Shown here one piece after another: positions 13,365 through 28,094 of a stretch of 64,000 bases of DNA. The stretch is from the human T2T-CHM13v2.0 reference genome, Homo sapiens: the NCBI RefSeq assembly GCF_009914755.1, contig NC_060940.1, one strand, 5' to 3'. Within the stretch, counting starts at the first letter, position 1, and each line of letters begins with the position of its first letter. The position numbers and the translations under genes were made by a program. The notes below the pieces were generated by a model. It was not told where the DNA came from. It saw only the letters and a program-made list of their open reading frames with translations, and did not search any database.

Positions 13365-16300
13365 TTATACCAAATACTTGTAATTTCTCCAGTTAAAAGA
13401 CAATGAATGGCAGTCTAGATTCTAGATAAATAAACAACATAATGACATATTGTTTATAAGAAACAAAATTTAAGTATAATAACAAAAAGTTTTTAGATTT
13501 AGATATGCAATGCAGAGATTAACATAAAATTACACAAATGTGCTAATATTAGAAAAGTTATCCTTTAAGGCAACACATATTGCAGGATGTACAGAGAGGC
13601 ATTTCATGATGTTAAAAGAACAAATCTATCAGACAGATATAATAATCTAAAAATTTATTTGCTCATAATTTAAAATATAGGAAAGAAACCTTCACTGACC
13701 TAAAAGGAAAAATAGAAAAATTCATACTCTTAGAAAAATAAGTTAACATATCTCTATAAATATTTGATGAATTAAAAAGACAAAAAAAATTTAAGATCAT
13801 AAAATAGTAGCACAATAATTAATGCAGTTTACATAACTGACATATATATTTTGTATTTTATTTATTTATGTTTTAGAGATGGTGTCTTACCCTGTCACCC
13901 AGGCTGGAGTGCAGTGGCACAATCATGGCTCATTGCAGTCTTGAACACCTGGGCTTAAGTGATTCTCCCCACTTGGCCTCCTGATAGCTACGACTACAGG
14001 TGCTAGTCATTATTCCCAGCTATACCTGATATATATAGAACATTGCAAAGAATAACTGCAAATGCATATCCTTATCTACTGTATTTAGAAATATTATGAA
14101 AACTGGCTATATGCTAGACCATAAGCTAAGGCCGAACACATTTTAAAAGTCTAAAATTATGCGTAGTTTAACATCCTAACACAATATAATTAAGTTAAAA
14201 TCAGTGATAGAAATATACCTAGAAAATTCCCCAATATTGAAGATTAAGCAAGAACATTCTGAAGGACGCATGGATCACAAAAAAAAGTCACGATAAAAAT
14301 CAGAATGACTGCTAGATATATTAAGAGGAATGAAATAAAAATCAGAGCAGGAACAAATGAAGTAGAGACTATGTATCTAAAAGGAAAACTCTGGGAAAAC
14401 AAAATTGGATGGCTATTGGTTGTGAAAGAAAGAAAAGACAAAAATTACCAGCATCAGGAATGGGAACATCAATAAAATCCTAAAGACATTTAAAACCTAT
14501 AAAAATTTTTATGGCTAATATGATACTTTATTTGAAAAACATCAATGCCAAACTGACACAAGAAGCAGAAAATCTGAAGAGACTATATTTAGTAAGCTAA
14601 TATAATATTTAAGTCAGACTTTTCCTACTAATAAAATTCCAGATCCAGATGGCATTACTTATGAGTTACTCAAATAGTTAAAATATAAATAGCACCAGTC
14701 TTAAACAAAATTATACAGTGTGTAGCATATATGTATTGATTCAAATACCAGAGTCGTTGGAAGAATAAAAATTTCCAAGTCAATGTCTCATATGCACATA
14801 ATTGGATATATCTTGATAAAACATTAAAAATGAACACTGTATTATCTAAACAAGATGATATACAATATGGCAGTAGGGATTGTTTCCATTTGAATTTCAG
14901 TCAATGCAATTTACCACATACCAAAAATGTGCTTAGTTCAAACCATTTGAAAAAGCATTTCATGAAATTCACCACCCATTTATGAATAAGCTCCACATGA
15001 ACTGGAAATAAGAGGAAAATTAATCTGATAAAGAGATGCTACAAGCACCAAACACTTTACAGATAACATTGTACTTAATGGTAAATTATTGAAAATTTTC
15101 CCAGAGACTGGGAAATAGAAAAAGGATTCCATTACTGCTACTTTATAAAAAAAAATGTTATCAGATAATCTAACCAATATAATAAAACATGAAAAAAATA
15201 TGTATATGTCTATTTCTATCTATCTCTATTGACAGATAAAAATAGACAGAGATGGGAAAGACAGAAATTAAGAACTCCATTATTTACACAATTAGGTATT
15301 CCATTTCCATGCACTAGCAACAAGCTATCAGAATATGAAATGGAAAAAGAAAGGGTAACTGTTGCAATAGTATCAACGTAACATCAAACACTCAAGGAAA
15401 ATGTAATTTTTAAGATATGCAATACCTTTACAAAGCGAAAGAGAAAGACAGAACAAAGAAGACTAAAATAAAGTAATAAATATATAATAGGCTAGAATAA
15501 TCTATTTTTAAAAGACGTAATTCTCAACAAGGATTTTTATGTTTTGTTTTGTCTTTTTTGTTTGTTGTGCATCCACTAGTTGTTTTACATTTTATATGCA
15601 AATGAAATGAGTAACAACCAAGATCCTTATAAAGCACGTTGCTGGATAACTTAAACTATCAAATATCAAGACAATATAAAGACATACTAATTAAGGCAGT
15701 AGTGTAACATGGTCTAAAGTTAAACATAGAGCATAGACACATCAGAAGCACACCCACATGTGTACAGTAAAATGATTCACAACAAATGTATCACTTCAGA
15801 GCATTAGAAATATGGATGTCCTTTCAATAAATAGTAAACATGCACTTGTGTATTTGTATTAGACAAAATGAATTTATTAAATTTATACTCCTACCACATG
15901 TCATAAACAAAATAAATACCAGATGGTTTATAGATCTAAATGTGAAAAGTGGAGCAATAAGGATTCTAGAAGGCAACATATAGAATAATTAACTCACTAC
16001 TTGGGATGGGCAAAAACTGCTAACACATAGTGAATTTTATGGTGCTAACCATAAAAGGAAAGTGAACTACATTAAAAATAAAAATTTCAGCTTGTATCAA
16101 AAGATGCCTTTAAGGAATGAGAATGGGAGCCACCAAGTAAGAAAAGACATTTGCAAAGCATATATTTGGCAAAGGTCTCCTATCTAGAATATATATACTC
16201 ATACATATATGAAACTCTCACCAATAAAAAACATAAATGCAAAGCAGTTGGAAAAGGACAAAGAAAAAGAAGGAGGGAGAAGGGAGGGAAGACATTGGTA

Positions 16301-16830
16301 AGTTCTTGAGTGCCATTTTACAAAAATTGTATAACTACATGTTCAACAAATAGGTGAAAAGTTTCTCAATGTCACTGATCTACAGAGAAATTGAAATTAA
16401 AAATACAATAAATTTACATGACTAAACCACTTGCATGACTAAAATTAATATAATTCTAAGCATGTGAGGATATGGAGCAATTTCAACTTTCATCTTGGAA
16501 TAACGACTTTAGAAATGTGTTTGAGATTATCTTTTAAAATCAGACATATGAGATCTAGCAACACGACTTACATTTAGAAGCTAGAGAAATACTTAAGTAC
16601 CACAAAGGCATATACAAAAATATTTATAGCAACGATATTCATAATAGTCCCAAATTTAAAAGTGTTTATCAAGAATATAAAATAGATAAATAAATGGTGA
16701 CATATACATATAATATATACAGCTATGAGAATGCAGAATCTAATATTATATGCAATTATAAATATAAATCTCATGAATATAAGGTTGTGTGAAAGAGACT
16801 AAACACAAAAGAGCAAACCCTGTATCATGT
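13365..16830 (+). mobile_element. Ancient L1M: decayed ORF2 (endonuclease-RT) through 3'UTR
   Basis: A-rich strand with TCTCCAGTTAAAAGACA (EN start), CCAGATGGCATTACTTATGAG (PDG motif), GATCTAAATGTGAAAAG and 3'UTR motifs; no intact frame. Confidence 0.8.
13849..14021 (-). mobile_element. Alu right-arm monomer (FRAM or truncated AluJ)
   Basis: Single antisense right arm; degenerate TSD ataactgacatatata / atacctgatatatata. Confidence 0.85.
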
Positions 16831-18190
16831 GATTCAGGCAGGCTCCTTGAGTTCTGTTATGTTCATGGTTTTGGTAACATGTGTTTCTGTTGTGTTTCCT
16901 TTTTGTAATAAATTAGCAAGCTGTATACTAAGGCTTCTGTGTTTTATTTTATGTAATATTTCAAATAGTTTACCTAAAAAGTGAAACCACATGTAGTACA
17001 AAATATGTGGATCAAATTTAAGAAGATGTATAAACAAATGTTTAAAATGTTTTGAAGAGTCACATACCATTTGAAAGGTCAAGTGTTGCCTCCAGTGATA
17101 ATTTGGCTAGAAAATATGTTAAGACTTTTGATGCTTTAAGTTGCAGTAATATGAACAGTTTGCATGCAATAATTTGGGGTTGATATGTTAGCTGAGAGAC
17201 TAAAATCCTAAGAATATGATCAATACATCTTGAATCTGTGATGAAGGTAGTCTACTTAATATTTTTGAGCAATTTTCTCATTTATACGATATTACTAATG
17301 TTTCAAAATTTATGGAGCTATAATAAGCAAAAGGAGAAGTTATGAGTTTAGGATCCTATATGTTAGGCAGCACTGGGATCATTATTGTTGTTCTCAATGA
17401 AAATGTTTTTCAAAGGTAACCTTGAGTTTTCTTTCCAAAACTGACATGTGGCATTTTGAATCTCTTTGACAATAGCCAGTCATCAAAAATATGAGAACGG
17501 CTCTTTTTTTTTTTTTTTGTAATAGCTAAGGACAGTGAATTGTTGTGAACTGGTACTTGGACCACTATGTAATATATTTTAGTTACTCATTAATAAGTTA
17601 ATTAAACAATGTGTAAAACAAAACTAAAACAAAATGAGAATATATTTCTGATTGTGGTTCTAACCTGACTCTGAATTCCAAGACATTTAATAATTTCTTG
17701 AAACCCAAGATGAATTCCAGAAAGTATTTGTGTCTCTTTGATTGACTATTTAGGATAGATATGTATTGATATATTTGGCATATTGACATACAAAATACAC
17801 TGCTATATAGTTTGGATATAGTATATTGTATCTGAAATTTCACACATTTTGACATTAAATAATAACTGAATTGTCATTTCTTCCTTTTCTAGATTTGTGA
17901 TTTCGTTTAAGTTCCTTAAATACTCTGACGCTCAGCTTTACAACTCTAAAATGATTCTATTAACAAATAATTTGCAGAATTTGTGTAGGTCCATAAACTA
18001 ATCTGTAGTTATATAAAGTAGAGATGGGTTTAACTCTGATTGCTGAAATTGACTAAGTAATATTTTAATCCCTTCAATCATCATCATGTGATGAAAGTAA
18101 AGCTCCACTCCAAAATCATTCAATGAAACTTACATTATTATATTCTTATTTATATTTGGATATTCTTACATATTTTCTTATAAGTTATTG

Positions 18191-18270
18191 TTAGGTTGGT
18201 GCAGAAGTAATTGAGGCTTTTGTCATTACTTTTACTGGCAAAAACCTCAATTACTTTTTCATCAACCTAC
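18191..18270. mobile_element. MADE1 (80 bp Hsmar1-derived palindromic MITE)
   Basis: TTAGGTTGGTGCAGAAGTAATTG ... CAATTACTTTTTCATCAACCTA; two TIRs around a short spacer. Confidence 0.92.
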
Positions 18271-18659
18271 CTTTCAATGTACTTTTCAATGGTACAAAAA
18301 AATTGGTCAGGCTAGCAAAATGGAGGATTATTAACAGCAACAACAACAAAAAAATACAATAAGGGAGCTGAAGATACCCTTGTTTATTTTTAGTCTAAAC
18401 TGCTCATCTTATAAATGAAAAAGCTGAGGCCTAATGCCACCCAGTGATCAGGATGGCAGATGATTCAATTTGATGATGTTGAAGAGAAGTCGAGACTTTT
18501 TTTGTATCATTAATGAATTATCCTTGATTTTATTGTATTCAAACATTTTTAATAGATCTGAAAGAACTCTATCAGGGTGGTACAATGGAAAAATACATGA
18601 TGAATTTTATTCTCTGTATAATAGTCATCCGTATTTGGATTTTATGGAAGTATTTATTT

Positions 18660-20300
<1,641 letters not shown>

Positions 20301-21556
20301 GGTGCTTTACTTATTTTTTGGTCTGAGTTTTTTCAAAGGATGAGTCTCGATGTCAAAAACCTCCACCACTCTGTAAAGTTATTAGGAATATTCACCAGTG
20401 ACAATTAGGAAGGAAGTAATTTCTTTCACTGATTGAATATCCAAATGGAATCTGGTAACATACTGAATCATATGGGAGAAGAGTCAGAAATCTTAGAATA
20501 CATCATCTGGAAAGAGAGCTGGCAAACTGTTCCTCTTTGATGGAAATGCATTTAATGCATCATTAACAGGTATTATAGAAGGCAGATACAAATGAATGTC
20601 TTTATCAAATAAGCTTTGAAAAATGTTAACTAATATGCAACATATGCCTTTACCTTCAGGATTTTTAAACCCTTTAATTTATTAATGATTCTTGTAATTT
20701 TTCAAATGGGCATTACCCAGAGTTTCCCCAAACTCATTTTACTGAATAAATACTACTTTTTCTTAATAAGTTAGTGTTTTGAGTAGAAAACAACTTTATT
20801 TAACAGACAAGGAAATAAGCTCAAGATAAAACATTCAGCATTAAGCCAAAAGTCATCTAGCTAGTTATGGGAACATCGGGGTTGGCACAAACTGGATGAG
20901 TAAAAATCAGTGTCAATTTTATTTCTATATCTTTCTCTTTTAAAAAATAGACTCATTAAATAAGTGATCACAGAGCATACATTGGGATGTACTAGGAATG
21001 GAGGAATGATATCATAATGCTCATACCTTGAAATTGAGCCCTAATGTGCTAATAGAAATAATTTCTATCATAATATAAGTGATTCTTTTAAGACTGACTG
21101 AGTGGCTGTTCTAATTTTGGGGAGTTTATGTTTTCATGCATACATTGCTAACTCTAGCCTTTTATAATTGGTACAGTATCAAGACAGTGTTGCCTATGTT
21201 GTTTGGGGTCTTTCTTGACTTGCCCCAGTGTTCTCACCTACAATAAGTATATTTAGACTGCTCTATTTTCCTGCTGACTTTGTATTCAGATACTATTTTT
21301 GTGATTATCAATTCTGCAGTCATAGGAAAATGTATCCGTTAGTTGTGACTTTATTTTCTACCTTAAAAACACCATTAATTAAATTATTCTCCAATCTCAT
21401 TTGACTCCTTCCAGAGTCAAATAAATGCAAAGCATAGGGACATGTATTCTTCACAGGAACCAAAAAGAGTTGACATGGTAGCCCTTAGTGAGAATTCTGA
21501 GCAAGGATTAGCACTGTGAAAGAGCTTGTCCATCCGTCAGAACAAAAGCTAAATTG

Positions 21557-21897
21557 AATTCAGCTTGAGGATAACACATGAATTTTCAAAGCAAAGCATT
21601 CATTCAAAGTATCTATGTAACAGTACAGGTAGTGCAGTGTTTATTATTAAATGCCACACCACCAAAAGAAAACATCTTAGTATTTTGATGTCCTAGAGAT
21701 TGATAATTGAACTTTAGTAATATGGCTCTGTCTAATAATCTATCCAGGTATAAAACAATAAAACTGGTTATATTTATACAGTTTATTTGTGCAGTGTCCA
21801 TCTGCGAAGGCTTTCTATGTGTACCACAAAACAGAATAAAGACATTTTGAAAATATGCAGAAAATTTCCTTAGCAAAACCTTATATTAATTAAGTGA
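21557..21897 (+). repeat. Donor copy of a local ~340 bp duplication
   Basis: Aligns by eye to 22990-23647 once the AluY is removed; about 16 substitutions. Confidence 0.95.
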
Positions 21898-22989
21898 GCA
21901 AAGTCTTAAAGCATTTGATATAACAAATTTTGAGCTTTTATAGCAAAAACAAGTAAACAAATTAACAAAAACTCTTGAACATCCCACTGGACATGCTCAC
22001 ATGAAGGTGGACAACCACTTCATTCAAAAGGATGATGCTATCCTGATTAATATTGAGAGAAGACCAAGAGCTCACAAAGGCAGGTAGGTAATTGGTATGA
22101 ATCTCGGTTCTTTTATTTACCAGTCATTTGGCCATGGGCAATGTAAGTGACTCATATCATCTCAGTTTCCTCATTTGGCAAATGGTTACAATGACAATTA
22201 TATTGTCCTGTGTATTAAAAAGTGAATAATATAATATAACTAATATAGTACTTAGGATTCAATAGATGTACAGGAAATGATTTCCTCTTTTCATTTCACA
22301 GAAAAAGTACTCATTTACAAAATGCGCAAGTTATTGTATAGTTCGGTGCTAGAGAAAGGAAGGAAAGCCACTTGCCCTTATCTCACTAATTTACTGAAAC
22401 GAGGCTATATTGTGCAATAAAATAAGATATTGTGAATCCCTGAAGTAAAGGAAATTGAACTAGATCCAATTTATATCACAATTCAATAGTTACAACACTT
22501 GTGTTTCCTTAAATATTTCTTCTAAATGGCAGCTAGGTGATATGTAAAATACTTGGCTTTTTAAATATAATTTAAATTTTATTTGGCAGTTTGTAATACT
22601 ATTAAGGCCCTTTTACTTCTGAAAAGGATAGAGTGAAAATCTGACTTACACAATAGAAATCAGCAAATGGTTTGAGTAGAAACTTCACAAAAGAAATTGA
22701 AATGGTCAAAAAGGAAAGATGTTTAATATATTAAGCCATCAGAAAAAAAATGTAAATTAACATCACAATAAGATTTAGCTACTGTATTGTTATATATACT
22801 ATTGTAAAAAGAATACAATTTTAAAAATTCACAACACCAATTATTAGGAAAGATGTGTGGAAAAACTAGACCATAAATGCATTGCTGGTGGAACGCAAAA
22901 TGATACAACAAACATCTAGACCTTTATCCACTAGACTATATACTTATCCTATAACCCAGAATTTCACGTTTAGGTATTTATACAAGATA

Positions 22990-23691
<702 letters not shown>

Positions 23692-23849
23692 TATTTATAC
23701 AAGATAAATAATTACATGTGTCCTCACAAATTTTTCTGAGTGTTCACAGCAGAATGGAAATCAACAGGAAAATGACCATGTGAACTGTGGTAAATCTTAA
23801 CAATAGAATAGTACTCAAAAAGAAAAAGTAACAAACAACTAAAAGGGAA

Positions 23850-24209
23850 TGTATTAATCCATTCTCATTATGCTATGAAGAAATACCTGAGACTGGGTAA
23901 TTTACAAAGAAAAATAGGTTTAAGGGACTCATAGTTCTACATGGCTAGGGAGGCCTCACAATCATGGCAGAAGGTGAGGGAGGAGCAAAGGCACATCTCA
24001 CATGGCAGCAGGCAAGAGAACATGTGCAGGGGAACTCCCATTTATAAAACCATCAGATCTCGTGACACTTAATCACTATCACGAAAACAGCATGGAAAGA
24101 CCCACTCCATGATTCAATTATCCCACTGAGTCCTTTCCATGACATGTGGGGATGATGGGAGCTACAATTCAAGATGAGATTTGGGTGGGGACACAGCCAA
24201 ACCGTATCA
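23850..24209 (-). mobile_element. THE1C-like solo LTR (ERVL-MaLR)
   Basis: TGTATTAATCC..GAGACTGGGTAATTTA..CATCAGATCTCGTG..GGGGACACAGCCAAACCGTATCA, ~360 bp. Confidence 0.92.
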
Positions 24210-24333
24210 GATAGTTAGCGGAGAAAGAATTGGATAAGTAGAAAAGACCTTTTAATCTATGGTCAATAATATACATTTATTCTTGACTCAGTGGAAATCC
24301 ATGGAATGTGTTAAGTCCAAAAGTAACATAAAA

Positions 24334-24660
24334 CTTTGCAGGGACATGGATGAAGCTGGAAACCATCATTCTCAGCAAACTAACACAGGAACAGAAAACC
24401 AAACTCTGCATGTTCTCACTCATAAGTGAGAGTTGAACGAGAACATATGGGCACAGGGAGAGGAACATCACACACTGAGGCCTGTTGTCGTGTGGGGGGC
24501 AAGGGGAGGGATAGCATTAGGAGAAATACCTAATGTAGATGACGATTTGATGGGTGCAGCAAACCACCGTGGTACATGTATACCTATGTAACAAACCTGC
24601 ACATTCTGCATATGTATCCCAGAACTTAAAGTATAATAAAACAAATTTTAAATGAAAAAA
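24334..24660 (+). mobile_element. L1PA7/8-like 3' end
   Basis: GCAGGGACATGGATGAAGCTGGAAACC..CTAACACAGGAACAG..AGAACTTAAAGTATAATAAA. Confidence 0.92.
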
Positions 24661-25839
24661 AGTATCCTCTTTAAAACAAAGTAATTTTACTCTGGGTCGA
24701 AAATGGATTATTGAAGATATAGCTGGGGGTTAAAAAAGTGAAGAGACAGTAAAGAACTTATTACAGCTATTTTACTGAGATAAAATGCATGACTTTGATG
24801 GTAACATGTAGTGACAGGAACAGATCTTGAATATACAAACACATTTATATATTTATATATATATGTAGATAGACATAGTTATTGCTATTGGTAGAAATGT
24901 AGATATATAGATATAGGTATGTGATGTGGATGTGAATGTTTATATGAATACAAATATAGATTTGTAGAACTGACAAACTTTTCTGATTGATTGAATGTAG
25001 AAAAAGAGAAGGTAAAATGAGATATGACTAACAGATTTCTGTCTTGAGGATTTGAGGAATGTGGTTCAACTTAAAAATTGTGTAACACTGGGAAAAGAAG
25101 AGAAAAATTAAGAATTTTGTCATCTTAGGACTACAGCAACACTAAGCACACAAGAACAATATAATGCCAAAGCCTGAAGCTATCTCGGAGCAGCAACAAG
25201 GAAAAATTGAATCTATTGCAGGTGTCTCAGGAGTGGTAACTCTAACAATTTCTATAAAGATGACAATGGATGCATGTGTAATTTGGGTCCCACTTCAATG
25301 ATAACAATTGATCAATTAAATTAAGTATACAGATGAGCAGTATAAAAACTTTCTTTTATGTGCTGTCAAGTGTCAAATTGGCCTGATACATAGTAAAAAC
25401 AAATCCCTTTAAGACATAGACTTCTAGAAATACCAGTGCAATAGGACATTACTTCTCTACTAATCTGTGTAAAAACAAAACATGCATAGCTAGATACCTA
25501 CAAGAATATTTGCTCTACCATAATATAAAAATAAATTTAGACTGGTACATTTTTCTCTAACTGGAGAAATTCCAGATATCCATACAAATTTCTGGAATCT
25601 CTGCATAGTCACAAGTCCAAACTGAGCAACATTAAGGAATATTTTTCATGATTTTCAATTTTTATGTAAAGATGGAAACATTTACTCTCTGATTACTTGA
25701 TGAAAATTTCAAACCTATTCGAGAGGTATTGGAATTAGGTGGTTATGAAATCCCTGGTATAATTTGCCATGAGTTCAGTAAGTTAGGAACATCTACCTTA
25801 CAGTTGAGGTACATAAAGATCTGAATGAAGGAACGTTAG

Positions 25840-26560
25840 CAGAGAAGACAGCAGAAGACATTATGAACCACAGGCTCTGAAATCTAGATCTGAACTTTAC
25901 AGCCACGTAACAAGTGCAAGTTGTTTCACAATCTTATCCCTCATTTTCATCATTTATAAAATGAAAATAGCAAGTTTACACTCTGTGGGGTATTATAAAC
26001 ATTGAATATATTATCAGTCTGAAAATTGCTTTGGATAGAAAACAATGAATTATATTAGTTTCTCTATTTATTAATTTATTCAACAAACACAGGTCAGGTC
26101 AGTACTACATGAGAGCCATATTCTATGATGATGATGGAGAAACAAAAGTCCCTATCCATGAAGATAGTGTATTCAAATAGGAAAAAGAGCCAATCACCAG
26201 CAATTAATTCATTAATTGATTAACTCAGCAAAAATATAATGGAGACAGAAAAAGGATTGTGAAATAAGGACTTTCAAAAGTGAACGGGATAATTTAGAAA
26301 AGCTGGTCAAGATTGTCCTCTGCAAACAAAACCTGAGTAAAATGAAGGACTGAGCCATGCAAAGGTCCAGGGAAGACTACACCAGGTGAAGAGAAGAGCT
26401 AAAGCAAAAGTCTTGAAATAGAAACCATGCTGGTGTCCTCAAGGACAGGTAGCCCTTTAGATATATGTGTGAAAAGAGATTATAGGGGATCAGAAGGACA
26501 GCAAGGAGATGTTAGTTTGTAATTGCAGTCATTGAGGGTAGACATGATGAAGGAAGTGAG
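25840..26560. mobile_element. MIR followed by L2 fragments
   Basis: TTTTCATCATTTATAAAATGAAAATA (MIR core); ATTTATTCAACAAA and GAGCCATGCAAAG..GGGAAGA (L2 3' end motifs). Confidence 0.5.
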
Positions 26561-28041
26561 TCAGAGTTGATCAACTGAGATTTGGACTTAGCCAAATTGC
26601 AAGTCATTTAATATTATGAAGACTAGAAAGCTAAAATCACAACGCAATATTCAGGGTTAAATTCGGTAGCATCTAAAAACGTCTAGGAATTAAAACATGT
26701 AATACCCATTAAATGCTGTTATATAAAAACTAAATGCATAATTCTCCACAGTGCTCTGTAATTTAAAACAATAGTTGATTAGATAATGAATATATGTTAA
26801 TTATAAAATAACTAAAAGAAATATAAGAAAAAACAATTACAAGTCTACCTCCCAAATACAACCACTATTGATAAAGATAGGTAGATCGGTGGATTGATAG
26901 ATAATCTGTAGATAGAAATATACCTTAACACTTTCAGGCATTTTTTTTGAGCCAAATAGAAATAGACCCTAACACTCCCAGGCATTTGCTGTGAGCAAAA
27001 CATTTTATAAATGTTTAAAAGTGGAATACTAGTATCCACCCCATCAGTACATTCATCCATATATCCTCCTAGCCATCCACATTTCTAATTTAATGTATAC
27101 GTTAATTAACAACACAATTTTTATTGTTAGTATATCCAAAGACAGAATTTTTGAAGAATCCAGATAACTTAACACTTCATAACTCCCATAGTCCTCTTTC
27201 TTTAACATATGTGGAAATCAATAAGTGCTTTAAAGGACAGGATGACCTTAATGAAGACATTGAGTAACTGAAAAATAGAGACAACTTTAACTGTATTAGA
27301 AGGTCCAAAAAAAATTTCTCAGAGCCATTTTTTTTCTTGCTACCCTTGACTTGATCTGAGAAATTCACTGTAACATGAAAATTTAAAAAACCCTCCAGAC
27401 CTTGAGGGAGGAATTTCATCAAATGCTTCTGTTCGAGTAATAGCACATACAAATAGAATACATGCATCTGTAAAATATTAAATATCAATGCAATGTATAG
27501 TTATTCCAAAGTCATTCATTTTACATAAGATGTTAGGTCTTGATTCTCCTTCCAATTTAACTTTGCTAGTCTGCTCCTGAGAGAATTTTTTCTTTTCAAA
27601 TAACAGCTATGTATGTGGATATAACAGCAGTGCAGATTTTAGCTTCACACTACATGCATTACTCAAGCCAGGCTCACAATAAGTTAGAAAGAGAACAATA
27701 TATATACAGTCAATTTTTGGTGTTTTAGTTAAGTATTCATTTTTTGTATTTGTTAGGTGTATGTGTGACTATTCCTTATAAAGAATGAGAGACAAAACCG
27801 CAAGTTTTGGAAAGCCTAATTAAGGCAAAGTAAACACAGAGCATGAAAAGCCAGAGTTAACCAAACCCAATTCTCTGCTGTACAGTAAGGAATGGACGCT
27901 TACTCACTGGAGAGTTTTGAGGATTGGTTTTAAATCCTAGTTTCATTTTGTGACATTTGACAACTTACTTATACTCAGAAAATGAAAGTTTCTTAACTTG
28001 TAACATGAAAACATGAAAGAAGCAATTAGCTCTAAGACTCT

Positions 28042-28044
<3 letters not shown>

Positions 28045-28085
<41 letters not shown>

Positions 28086-28094
28086 TATATATAT
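28045..28094. repeat. (TA)n(CA)n microsatellite
   Basis: Visible directly. Confidence 0.97.
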
